This document shows positions 38,380-51,582 of a DNA stretch of 64,000 nucleotides, one piece after another (the stretch's first letter is position 1; every line of letters starts with the position of its first letter). Under the pieces are notes generated by a model. It saw only the letters and a program-made list of their open reading frames with translations. It did not search any database and was not told the origin of the DNA. The DNA comes from Ophelia neglecta (Eukaryota). The position numbers were made by a program, and so were the translations under genes. The stretch covers positions 45,322,001-45,386,000 of the forward strand of contig OZ260666.1 of NCBI GenBank assembly GCA_965285935.1. The letters are read 5' to 3'.

Positions 38380-38491
38380 ACCATCTAAAACTGTATTATT
38401 TCATTTTCAGGTAAGTTGTCTGAGCTGACCCAAGTTGTTCTCCACACTTTTACTATTAACATCGCGTGCTGGGTTTTCTAGCCAAGTAAGT
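38380..38491 (+). other. Strong candidate recursive splice site with 75-nt cryptic RS-exon (38411-38485)
   Basis: CTAAAACTGTATTATTTCATTTTCAG|GTAAGT at 38410/38411 has an AG-free zone of ~95 nt upstream. A second donor CAA|GTAAGT lies at 38485/38486. Confidence 0.6.
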
Positions 38492-41400
38492 GACTCAGAT
38501 TAGGAAATATATTCATTGAATTCATAACTATTTTTTATTGATTTATGCAACAATGCTTTCAATATGGTTATTGGTTATTGGGAAATGTTATTGTTGTAGA
38601 AGTTAGGAAGGTCCTGATAAACCTTAAATTCTGGAGATTAATTCAGACCTAATTACAAACTTGTTTTTCTAATGGTATTCTTTTCTGCCATGGTCACAAG
38701 TGTATGTGAATTAATACAAAGTTGATAATACTGATACTTAATCATCTTCAGTGGGTGTAACATGTTGCCTCAGCTGAATGGATGCGATAATTGTAATATA
38801 AAATAAACACAATATCACTTTGTTCACTTTCAAAATTAATCATGTGTGTTCCCACACTTTTGGTCCTACAATGGCCAACTCTAAGTCATTGTAATCTCTT
38901 GCCATTCCCTTTTTGTCAGGATACAACACCCTAAGAGTTTCAAACTGGGGCAGATCCAGAACTTTTACAAGAAAGCTTAGGTCACAGGGAGGCTGAGATG
39001 TTGATCAGGTGGCTGAGTTGCAGATGAGCTGCCCTGTGCGAGAGCTTCCCTCCCTGTCAGCTAACCCCTTCCCACCAATCACTAAACCGAAGTGAGGGGG
39101 TATGAATAGCTTTTCAAAACCAGGGGGGTCTGGCTAACCCCTAGATCGGCCCCTATCATAAGTAGTCTGCTTTGTAACTGTGTATCTTCCCTGCCACCTT
39201 ACAGGGTAAAGGGCCCTTGTTTTGTTATTAATCTTAAAGGCTTCTTCAAGTTGGTCGTCTGCTGATAGCCTCGTGCAGGTTGATGTTTTACTCCAAAGAT
39301 AAGAATGTCTTACGTTCGTGCCTTGAATTTCAAATCTCTCAGGGAATGTGTTTGCATTCACTATAAAGCTAGAATTTGAATATATGTTCATGCTGAGGGC
39401 CGTTTTAATCTTACAATGGCTTATAATTTAAAACAATTTATTCATAAGACAAGTCATTAGATATTTTTTAAATGAAGTTTGCTTTCAGTAATCTAATGCC
39501 TTTGACATTATTAACTCAGCAGTACTTTAATTAAGGTAGTACATGTACATGTTGTTACATGTTTTAGGAGTTATTCAAGTATTAAACAACTACTTTTTTC
39601 CTCAATCCCAGCTAACTAATTAAACCATGCCCATTTAAACCTTTTTGTACAGTGCCATGCCATAGAATACATTTTTGCACAATATTTGTTAATGTAATGT
39701 GACAATAGAACGGAGGGTCATGAGGCTGACATTCGTCTGTCGGTTTGACCTAGGATACCAGTGTTTTAGATACTAGCCTTGATAGCCCCGTAGTGATTGA
39801 CAGCCATTGTTTGTATTATGGTATATCCTGTTTTTGTTGGGAGTAAATCTGTCAAGTCAAGGGCTCACTTACAGGAAAATATGGACACAAAATCACATGG
39901 ATGGCAGATAGAGGCCTCTCAATTCTAGCTTGAGGGGTTCAGCACATCGTAGCTCCCGATTGAGTTTGGGCAGACGTGCTGGGTGTTTTTATTACTGTGT
40001 GGTCCCTCGATGGTCAGTGTTTGTCTAGAGCCGACTAGGTAAGTCAGGTCTGCAATCTGGTACTAAACATTCATATTTGATATTGTTGGTGGCTGATAAA
40101 TTTTGACTTGAGAGTAAAAGGTCATATGGTTCATATTAATGTTTTGTAGAAAGTGAAAGAGTGTTCAAGTAGCAAGTTGAGAGCTGGGGGAAGTGCCTAT
40201 GAAATGAAGTAAAACTCCATCACACACTCACACATATATATATAGCTAGATCAATAGGTAGATCTTTAGCTAGATCTATAGAATCCCACTGCATGGTTGA
40301 TTTATGTTGTTTATTAATCTATATAATTAATTATATTTAGAAGAAAGCAACAACATTAATTATAATTAATTAACTTGTATACATGTAAAAAAATTATACT
40401 CTTCCTTAGTTCATGAAACTGGACTAAACGTACGTTTTGCTAATCGTGTAATGCAAAATTGTGAAGCCTAGTATATTTTATGTAAAACTGCCTTACATGT
40501 AGTTTGCTTTGTCATGTTTTAATGTAAGAACAAAAATCAAGCAAGTTTCAATGCTGGTTGCTCAATTTTACTTGTCAGAATATACAAGCAGCTTTTGAGC
40601 GATATTTGTTTTTTTTTTGAAAATGAAAATCAGAGAAAAATGATCTGACTATTAAGGCTTTCCAATGATATAATATGAAGGTCATAAAACCTAACAATAA
40701 AACAGAGAATGTTTCTTTTAGTCCACCCCTGAATAAGGAAGATATTAAAGCAGCTGAACAGTCAACATCTCCTTAACAGGTGTACATCTACTTCTGGCAA
40801 TAGTCCCGCAATACATCACAGTTTAAAGCACCTGTACTTGGGATTAACTTCTTCATCAGAACTTCTAATTAAAACCTGACCATCTGTAATGTTCTCTGAC
40901 TAATCACTCTTTTCCTCAGCTATATTCTAATGATTTTTCAATGTAAAAAGAACCAATCAAAACCCAAGCCGCTACTGTTAATAAGTTCTTATTGCCTTTG
41001 ATCAAGAGGCATCCTGGGAAGTGGAGGAAAAGGGATCCAATTTGGGAAGAGCTCCTCTCTTATTGGGACCTTTGTAGGCTTGGTCTCTAATGAAAATAAC
41101 TGTTTTTGTAAATGCAAGGAAGTGAGGACTGGTTCGGACGGAGATGATTACAGTTAAAGGAAGAGTTCTCCGCTAATTGGGCCTCACCAAGATTAAAGTG
41201 GGCTGCACATAGGCACTTCCAATCAGCAGTTGGTCAGAGGGGGTTTGCTGATTGGGTCATAACATGCAAGTTTCGAGCACATATATGGGGGCACTTACTC
41301 CAAACTGGATTAAAGGTGTTGATTGGAGGTCATCATATAAGCCATTTATGCAGAATATTGCTGAAAGACCTGAGTAATTGGAAGGTGGTACGATAATAAC

Positions 41401-43994
41401 AGCCATCAAGAATGAGGCTATCAAAGTCCTGTTTTGTTTGAACATGAGTAAGAATTGATTTTCTTTACCATTTGTTTATAGTTCGGGTACACATCCCTGT
41501 AAGGGAATACTCCACCCCTGGAACCACTCTCATTGGTGAGGATTTTTTTGCTGATTGGACTTGTATCCCTTGGGGGCCCCTCTTGCTGGTACTACTAACA
41601 TGCAATCGATTGGCGACCCACTCGCAACCTGACTCATTTACTCAACTAACCAATCTCATTAAACTACACAGTGTCCTTCCACTTGACTGAGAAGGAAGCC
41701 TCAGGGATAATCATACCCTATATGCCAGTATTCTTCTAAATCTGTAGTCAGGACTAGGTTGAATGCGGTAAAAGGCTTGAGTATTCCTAAAACAAGCTTT
41801 GGTAGTTGCTTAATTGCACTTGCTACAAAGAAAAGACAGCAGCCAGATTTTTCTATTGATCACTCATTCATAGATCAACTTACTCTGCCCCAGAAGTGAG
41901 TGTAAAAATCGGCCACTTCCCTAATGGACTGCCACATTTCAGGGCAAGCCTTTTAAGGCACTCCCCGCAAATGGCCTGTCCCCCCACAGCCTGCACTGGT
42001 GCCCTGTCAATCAGCTCCCTGGTGGCCGTGTTCTATGTGTGGCCTGCAATCAGGCCGCATCCAGTCTGCAGTGATAGACCCTTGAAAGCCTTTTCATAGC
42101 CTCTCTGGCTGATTTCACCTCATTACAGTGGCAGCTTGGCCGAAAAACTGGTGCAAAATAATAGGTGAAATATCGCCTAGTCTCGTTAGCCAAGATCTGC
42201 GACAGCTTCCCTGGCTCGGTCGCTTGTCAGGCCAAAGAAACCGCCAATCATCAATTGAATTTTGCCAATTTTGATTTGATTTGGGGCGGCTTGCAGTCAC
42301 AGCATGGTTCATGTCTAGGAATGCAGAGCGCAGGATCTATATAGGACTCTTGTATTGAATCTGGTGCTCCAATAGCTGTCCACAGAAGGCCCAGGACAAT
42401 AAGGGACTATCCATCCTAGGTGCCGTCCACTGCCATCACCATGGTGAATTTTAGGAGACAAATTCTGAAAACAGATGGATCTTTTGATGCAGAAAATTCC
42501 TGTGGACAGGACCTATCTGTCAAGCACTAGGACAGGATCGAGTGAGTATGGTCCTATCAGGGGAGATGTATTGAGGGGGTTTGGCCTGATCACGGAGGCT
42601 TATACTTGCCAGGCTTTACGGTCGGGGACACTCATCAATGGCTTAAATCAGTTAACTGGGATGTATAGACTTGGGATATGCTCCAGTCGGCCGGCATCTT
42701 CTTGTTCAAGTCTTTATAAATTATAATACTTGTTAGAAAATGTATCATGTAGTATGGGTTAGTACATGTATGGTTACGACAACTTGATGCCATTGGCATC
42801 TTTAAGCATGTATGCATGTATGTTTATATATACAGAACTTGCGCCTGCAGTTTTAAAAGGTTTATACATGTTTCTGTACATATAAATATTACATCCTTGT
42901 AAGATGTGCAAATGTTTGAATACAATTTTACATACACATACACTATAGTAATATATACTAAAGTAAGTGACAACTTACACCATATCAAAGTTTTCTTTTT
43001 GTCTTGCATGTATATACATATATAAACACATCCGCTTGTGTGGCTCACAGTTTCTAATTGCTCTAAATGCTGTTGTCACACTTTTGAGTACGACACAATT
43101 TGTCGCCCTGACAGACAGAAAGTGGATTATTCAGAAATCCCTGTTAATCTACCCTACTACTCATGTTAATCCCAACGGCACCGATGCTGCATCAATCTGA
43201 CAACACAAACAGTACCATGCTGTCAGACCGAGCTATCTATTGTGTTACCATTATGTTTTAGTGAGGAGCATCTGTTTAAAGTGTCTAGAAAGGTCTATAG
43301 CATCTATCTGTTGACAACTGTCAGTGGTAAAGAAAGCTGATGGGATGTCTTTTAACTTACAAGACTCTTAGGTGGATGCCTGATCATAACAATTCTTGAA
43401 GTTGAAAATATGATGGGTTAAACTGATTTTATTTTTACCATGCAGACAGCAGCAGCTGAGTTTCTTAACGTATTCAGTATGTCTAAGGTCTGACCATATA
43501 TAAATTTGTTCTGTTATTGATATGAATTGTACATTTTATTTTATTTCTGTGACATTGTGTATTTTCATATAGTGTCACATATTCATACATTTATTTATTT
43601 TACACCCACCCAGCCCCTTAATTTATCACAATTTGATACAATATATATGTATATAAAATACCAAAGTAATATAAAGCCAATAAAGCTTGGCAATGCCTTT
43701 TAGTACCAGTCATATGCATATGGGGACATCCCCAGACAGATCAACAACAAAGATTTGTATCTTCAAAAATTAACCTTTTTGTATACAATAAATATAAAAT
43801 ATGTATGGAAATACATGCTATATGTGAAATATCTACTTTTGAAATCTTTACTTTTCCATACACTCTATTATCAAGAATTTTTATTTAAAAATACCTTTTT
43901 CTATGCTAAACTTGTGTTTTTCTTGTGAAAAAAAACCACAGAATAGAAAATATCGTCCCAAGATAAAGTACAGTATGAATACATCTAGTCCATA

Positions 43995-44705
43995 TAGTGG
44001 TCATCCAATTTTCCTGTCCTTTGGCTCCCCTCCCTTTCATTCCCACTAGTTGAGTAACCATCCAAGTTTCCTATGCTTGGATCCATCCTTTCACACCTAC
44101 TAGTTGAGTAGCCATCCTAGTTTCCTCTTCCATGACCCCTAGCTTTCATTTCTACTGGTTCAGTGCCCATTCTGGTTTCCTCTTCGGTGGCTCCACTCCC
44201 TTTCATTCCCACCGAATGGGTAGCCATCCTTTTCCACTCCTGTGACCCCTTCCCCCCCATTCCCACTTACTAAGTAGCTATCACATTTCCTCTCCTGTGG
44301 CTCTTCCCTGATATTCCAACCCATTAAGTTTATTTGTTCCTGTCTCCTCACCATGGCCCCTCCCTCTCATGGCCATCCCAGTTTCCCCCCTGTGGCCCCT
44401 TCCTCTCGTTCACACCCACTGAATAGCTATCACTTTTCCCCTCCTGTGACCCCTCCCTCTCATACACACTCCCTGAGTAGCTATCAAGTTTCCTCCTGTT
44501 TCCCCATCCTTGTTATCCCAACCCATTGAGTACAGCCATCCCTGTTTCCTCTAATGTGGTCCCCCCATCTCCTTCCCACTAGTGGAGTACCATCCTCCTC
44601 CCACTCCTGGACATGTTGTCCCTCCCTCTCATTCCCAACCACAGCCTAGCCATCCCCCTATCTCCTCATTTGGCTCATCTCAGTCCCACCCACTGAGTTA
44701 CACTC
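43995..44705. repeat. Old pyrimidine-rich minisatellite, ~53-56-bp unit
   Basis: The recurring pattern TAGCCATCC..GTTTCCTCTCCTGTG(G/A)CCCCTCCCT(C/T)TCATTCCCAC..TGAG occurs ~13 times in diverged form. Confidence 0.85.
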
Positions 44706-47700
44706 TTCAGTTCTCTTGTCCACACTGGCCAATTTGACAACCTGAAATGACACTACATCCTAATCTTTCACCTGTAAGATTTGCCCTCATCAGTCACAGC
44801 CTGCAACCTGTTATTAGATGCTGGACTCTTATATGGCTTCTGTTGTGCAGAAAAATAGGAAAGGTGCTTGTATGGTTTCATTACACCGGATATGAAAGGT
44901 AGGCAGCTCCTAAATATGGCCTGCCCATAACACCTATTTCCTTTCAAAAAAGGTGAACTGTTCTATCTGATTTAGTGTGATCTATGCTTTGTAGATATAT
45001 GCAGGGCTGTGTGCAGTTCACTGTAGGCACAGATCCTCTCAGTATTATCCTGGTGCTAAAGTAATATCTTCCAACATATTAAAACCTCATATTAAAGTAT
45101 GAACAAAAGTTGTTGATGAATGAGTTTTTCAGAGTAACAATGCAGTATTGGAAACAGAAGCAAATTTAATCTCCATTGCAATAAATTGAGGAAATTGCAT
45201 CTAGGTTATTATTGCTGAAAACCCGATATAAGTGATTTCATCATGTCTATAGTCTGAAAATATTCCATATCACAGTGTGAAATCCCATTGCAGCTCCTAT
45301 GTTATTTCTTGCACATTGTTGATGCCCAAGGCAATTTATATCCCAGTTTTAAATTGGCAATGTGTAGTTGGGTAGATTTTATTTTACCGGAAATGAGGTA
45401 GGCCAGAATGTAATCAGTCCAGGACTGGAGTACTATTATTATGTGCCAGGGTGTAGTATTAATATACAAGAACATGTCGTATAAAGAACAATTTATAGTT
45501 CTTTATATGTGTTCTTATTAATGTCTGAGTATGCAAGTAAATACTCTGCCATATAAATGTAGATGTAGGTATGATTATGTATGACTAAATTTACAATTAT
45601 ACATTTATGTGAACAACGTTATATACTAAAGATGTACAAAGTTGTACATACACATATGTGTTATGTGTAAAATGCTCTTTTAATATTAAACCCAGCTATA
45701 TAGATCATGAGCTTGCAGAACTTCCAATGTATGATGAATTTTCTTGAATGCAAAAAATCTTTAAGTATTTACCAGCTTTTTGCTTTCTCTGTGTTCTGGG
45801 CAAAAAAATCTTGGGGTGGGGTAGGGTGGGGTGGGGGGGGGGGAGCTCATTCAGGGAATGGGTGCTGAGCAGGAGACGACATTAAGTGGTCAATCTCATG
45901 GCAAATGCACCTAAATATAAACACTACTCTATTTTATCAGCTTACAGAACACCTTGAAAAAGAGGTTCATTATTACAGATTTGAAGAATTTGGTTGTTTT
46001 TTTTCTAGCATAGGATTTTTCTTTTTAGATAAAGGAAAGTGACAGCTCTTGGCCAGATTTAACAACACACATTATATATATATATATACATACACAGACA
46101 TGTACATATATATAGTAAGTAAAATATTGGGGGAGATTGTTGAGATTTATAGTGGAGGGGAGGGGGGGGGGTATGGTTTCTAGTCTTACCAGGAGGGCTA
46201 ATCTTGTAGGTGTGAAAGCATTGAATAGTGGCCCAATCCAGCAGAGGATACTCATGTACATGTAAATGTATATTGTTCCCATATAAGGATGTCCTCCACC
46301 TCCTCAAGGTCATTATCCTGTCATAAGCCATAAAGAGATGAGTCACAAGTCAACAACATAATTCATTTTTCATTATCTGGACAAATTTTTCTTCAAAAGA
46401 ATAATCTTCACATTTTTCTGGTTTTTAACTGAAATCCAATAGAGTTAAAACTAGTTTTATCACTTGTTGCCTAGCTATCTGTTACATATATTATTCTTAT
46501 GCTAGACTGTGCATTTATAATAAATACTAGTCTACTTGGATCATTAAAAAAATAGTTTTGTCGAAAGGCATTATGACCCATTTCTTTTTATCTATATTTA
46601 TATGCACCCAACAAGGTATGATAATAGTTCAGCCATTTTATATGATAATAACTCTTTTACTAATTAATGAGTTAATAAAGGCAGAAAGTTGCACTTAACA
46701 TTTCTCTTGTATTTTGGAACCTTCTGAGAGAGTTTCCTGAGTATGGTGATCTCTGTTTATAGAACTGGGAGCTCAACTTGAGTGTGGTCAAGTTGATTGA
46801 TTTGATTGCTTTAATTGATTATCTGACAAATTGATATAAGGAACTGCTGATCGTCTTAAGCTAATTAAATATCAGTGATTAACAGTTGATATAATCCAGT
46901 GAAAGAGCATTTAGCACTTATTAGCCACTTACCAGAAACACCTGCTTTTATTAGAAATGATAGCTGAATTTTAGCACACAGAATCCTGGCTTGTCAGGTT
47001 ACTATATGCGCTATGATAATCTCCAAACTGCTATACATGTACATGTGGTCACATACAAATCTCTGTGATAACATCTATATTAACTTTGTCATTCTCCTGC
47101 TAGTCAGTTCTCATGGTCAGTTAGAGTGTAGTTCCCATTATCATAGTGTCACTTGTTGATTAGATGAATTTGCCTGGGGGCTGCTTATAGAGAAATTTTG
47201 AATAACACAGTCCTCCCTTCTCTCCTCATCACATTGATTGATTCAATGCTCATCAACAAATTCAATATCTGCTGTCAGTTTTCATCTTGGTGATATATAA
47301 TAACAGACCAATTTTGGTTTCATCCTTGCTCTGTGGGTTGGCCAGTGTGTGCTGTACTCCTGGGGAGGGAGACTGCCATTTGATATGTGAGTGCCGTCCA
47401 CTAAAACAAAGATCACCCTGATGGTATTCCCTACAGATACATTGATTGGATGGGATTAGATTGCACAGCAATATTACTTTCATGATTTTCTTCCTGAATT
47501 TGTATTAATACAAAGATACATGCTCCTTTGTGGCAATATTAATATTGAATTGGTTTTTATAGTAAAAGCAATTGATTCATAGCATGCATAAACTTCATGG
47601 AGGATACAATATTAAATTGATATCTTTTGCATTGTTAAAAGAATATGATGTTTACATTTAGGTTTCACAAGTGTGCAGATTTTAATACCAATCATGGAGT

Positions 47701-50700
47701 TTTCTGCTAAAAGTTCAACCAAAAAACTGCAAGGCTTTGTATTCTTATATATTTTATATCTTAAACAAAAAGTTTCACTTCCAGCTAGTTTTTCCATTAC
47801 TGTAGGAAACCTTTCAACCTTAGGCCTGGCAATGAAATTGAATAGCCCTTCCTAAGTGTCAATTAGCAGGGCTTTCGATTCCTAAAGCTCTCCGAATCTA
47901 GTGAGCATTCATTCCTACCAGAAGTGTTTATGTTCTCTGGGTCAGCATAAGCAGGACTTGGTGTTTAGAAATGTGTCTGAGCATGGAAGTCAATTTGAAT
48001 CGGAATGCTCTGTGAATTATCACCTGTCACCAGGACCACCAGGAACTAGCCTTGTCATCCGGACAAAAAACAAGACATGATTCCATTAATTAATTGTTAA
48101 CCAAGTAATTAATTGCTTCTTGGAATAATATTGGTTTGCTTGGGTGAGACTTTGCTTTGCTGGACAGCTTGGTGGCTAGAAGCTTTGCAAAACATTAATT
48201 TTTACATAAACTCTCAAAACAGTAAAAATACAAATCATACATATCAGGTGGGACAAATGTTGAAACAGTTGTTGCGCATGTAACTAGACTTTTTCTTAAA
48301 GTAAGGGTGTTCACACAACTGTCCATGCGATCTGATGCTGGTGATAGCGCCGCAACCTGAGTAACCCAAGTAACTCTTGTAGACTTGCCCGAAGTCACCC
48401 TTTGAATCTCAGAATAATCTAGTTTATTTCCAGTGTTCCTGTAAAGGAGAACTGCTTCCTGTAATTAGGTTGTCCAACATCAATGTTAATTGCAAATTGT
48501 TATTGATACATGGAGGAAAACCAGGACTAGCCCAGGTTAGGATCATTACTGTTGGGGTGGGGTGTGGGGTTTCTTTTCTCATTTCTTTCGCTGTCCTTAA
48601 CTTGTTATGACGATTACGAGAGCCTTGGCTATAGTATTGAGATATGAATCCCCATGTCTCTATACTGCTTCCAGCCAAGCAAGAAATGGAAATAAATGGG
48701 AAAACATTGTAATATATTTTTCCGGTGGTTGGCTCTCGTTATGAGGTCCTTTTGCCGAGATCAATCAGCAGCATTAGCCTCATGCCTCAATTTGGCTGTC
48801 TCAAAATACTAATATTGGCCAGGCTAATTTATTTTTGGCATCCTGTCTGTGGGCAGGGGTGCTCATTGTTTGGCGGCAAGGTTAAAAATTGCTGCTTTAG
48901 CAAACTGAAATGAAACCCAAGCTTGTCAGGTGGTCGAGGGGAAATGGAAGAAAAAGACCTTGAGCATTGTAATTGGGAGGCAAGTAATTTATCGAGGTCG
49001 TATTTCAGAGCTGACAAGTGGATATTTCTTGGATATAGATCGGGCAGTAATGTGGGATTACAGATTTCATAGGCAGCAGACGATAGGCGGGGAAAGCAAT
49101 GCCAGTGGCAGATCGCCCTCGACAATAAAGCTAATCTGATCTGTCCAGGTCCACAATGAATTTCAATGCATACTGCTACAGATTCAATTAATGAAAAAAA
49201 AACAGCATATCCTCCTTTGTGCTGTCGGAAGTGTTCCCCCCTGTAAGATCAACCTAACTGACAAGATCTGATATCAAGTAGCAATGGCTTCATGTTGGCC
49301 GTAGAATAGTTATCACAGAAGTTGGAAGATGGATGTTGTCATCATTTCGATCGCTCTGATCAGAGCATTGCTTGTTGTGGTTGAATTTGCATCAAAGTAC
49401 ATGCAAGTCATTCTGTAAATAGGTTGTTGTAGAGAACACTGTGAATATCTGACTAAACAAATATCGGTGCTTAACTGTTAGGCAGTGTGATTTTTTCTTA
49501 TCAATCTAAGTTATACTAATATATGTTATTATATATTATAAGATATTCAGCAGTTTTAATATTTTGAAATTTAACATTCGCCTTGTTAGTTGGATATTTA
49601 GGATTTAGGATAAATTTGTATACCAATTCCACTTCTTTAGAGGCAGGTTGAGAATAAACATACCATATCAATGATTGCTCAAAATTGTACCAAAGAGACA
49701 TTTTTTTGGAAAACACAGCCACTTAATTCAATGAGAGATCACGCAAAGTGATTGTGCTCTCCATCCAAGTATTAACATTGCCTATTAACTCCCCTATTGG
49801 ATTACTCTCACTGTCAACAAATATTATAAATCAGTCCAGCCAAGAATCAGTCCAGCCAAGGTGTCAGGCCCAGTCTGGCCCTCCTCATTATGCAGTGACT
49901 GCTGAAAGCTGATGAGCAATGTCCCATAATGAAACTCACTCCAAATAATTGTCCAACCATGAGGAGAAGGCTTAAACAGACTCTAGGGCATTGTTCTGAA
50001 ATGGATTTGGAGCACCAATGACTACCAATATTGGTATCAATAATTTATCAGTTAGTCATGTGGATTTATTTCTAAGTGAAGCTTTTCATGATAAAGTCAT
50101 AATATTTGAAAGAAAGTATCATAAAAGTTTATTTTTGTTTTAATTCTTTGTCATAACACTAAAGTTAATATTAACTTTTCTATTGCTTGAAAAAAAGGCC
50201 AATGGTCCACATTTACCTCTTTAATTGTTGAAAATCGTTATGTTATATATATGAAAATGAGATACTTACATGATTAGATTATGAAATATGGAAATAAGTG
50301 TTCAGTTTGCTACATTTGACCTTGGTGGATTTAGTTATAATAGCTTCACTTTAAAAATAATATTATGTTCAGATCAATAATTCACCAAATTATACAAAAT
50401 ACTAAAAACAGGTGACAATATTTTGAATGGAATGGTTCACATGTGACAGGATCCAGAACAAGGGAGATTAAAAATAAACTGTTATTATTAAATTTATAAA
50501 AATAAATATCTCTTATGACACTGATTTATTCCCAGGTTATTCATCTCCAGGAAAAGTGGATATAGGGGATTTTATCAAGAATTCTTCATATATATAAGAA
50601 AACATTAACTCTTGCACTGACAAAGGATTTCTCAGCTACATTTGCCAATTTATTTCCATTTAAATATATAAAACTGTAGGTTTTACCAATATGGTATTAA

Positions 50701-51539
50701 TTTTATCATAGGTATTGGTATTTGGAACATTCCTTGGGTAACATGTTTAGCTACATGTGGAATATTCTGCCCATAATAACTGTACATATTATGCTACTTA
50801 ATATGACATCATATATGGCAATGAAACATATTGTCCGCTTCCTTCGATTTCTGTGAAAAGGTAATGTACACAAAAGTTGACAATCCAAACCTTTTAGATA
50901 AATAGCGTAGTGTTGGAAACTGACCCAGAATCTGTCATATAGGAAGCCAACATTTGAACCTCCATACCACACTAGAGCAGAGCATAGCATCATTCAAGTT
51001 CAAAATTGACTTAACTAATTTATTCCATGAAAGCTTCCAGGTAAAGTAGAAAAATTGGTGTGGTGGAGGATATATATGCATACAATAACAATTTGAGCTC
51101 TTCTTCTTTTGTCTTGACCAATTTGCTGCAACCAAATGACTAAATGTGAGAGGGCTAATTTTAAGTCTGTAGATTTGTGCAACAAATCCTGGCACTTTCG
51201 GTCAATTCTCCTAAGGATAGAACCCTCCATGGCTGAATAACCTATTAGAGGGTGTGTGCGCTGCCACCTGGTGACTAATAACCTTAACACCCTGTATAGG
51301 CACATCTCATTTACTAGGATATGAGTGATCCCTCACAGACTGTGAGGTGGGGAGCAGTGTCACTCGGGAGCTTCAGGAAGTGTGGTGTTGTAATAACCAG
51401 CGGGACTCTGAGCAGATTGTGCAGGGTACCACGTTAGTCCGAAAAACTCTGCACATGGTCAAGTTAACTGGAACTGGTCAAACAAACGAGAACTGGTCCA
51501 CTTTTCTTCATATAAGGCACAAACTCACCATAGCTCATT

Positions 51540-51582
51540 GATTTCTGTTGGTGGTGTTCTTCTGCATGTTCTGCAGGTAAAA
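51540..51582 (+). other. Weaker candidate recursive splice site
   Basis: GTTCTTCTGCATGTTCTGCAG|GTAAAA at 51576/51577 has an AG-free zone of ~40 nt upstream. Confidence 0.25.
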
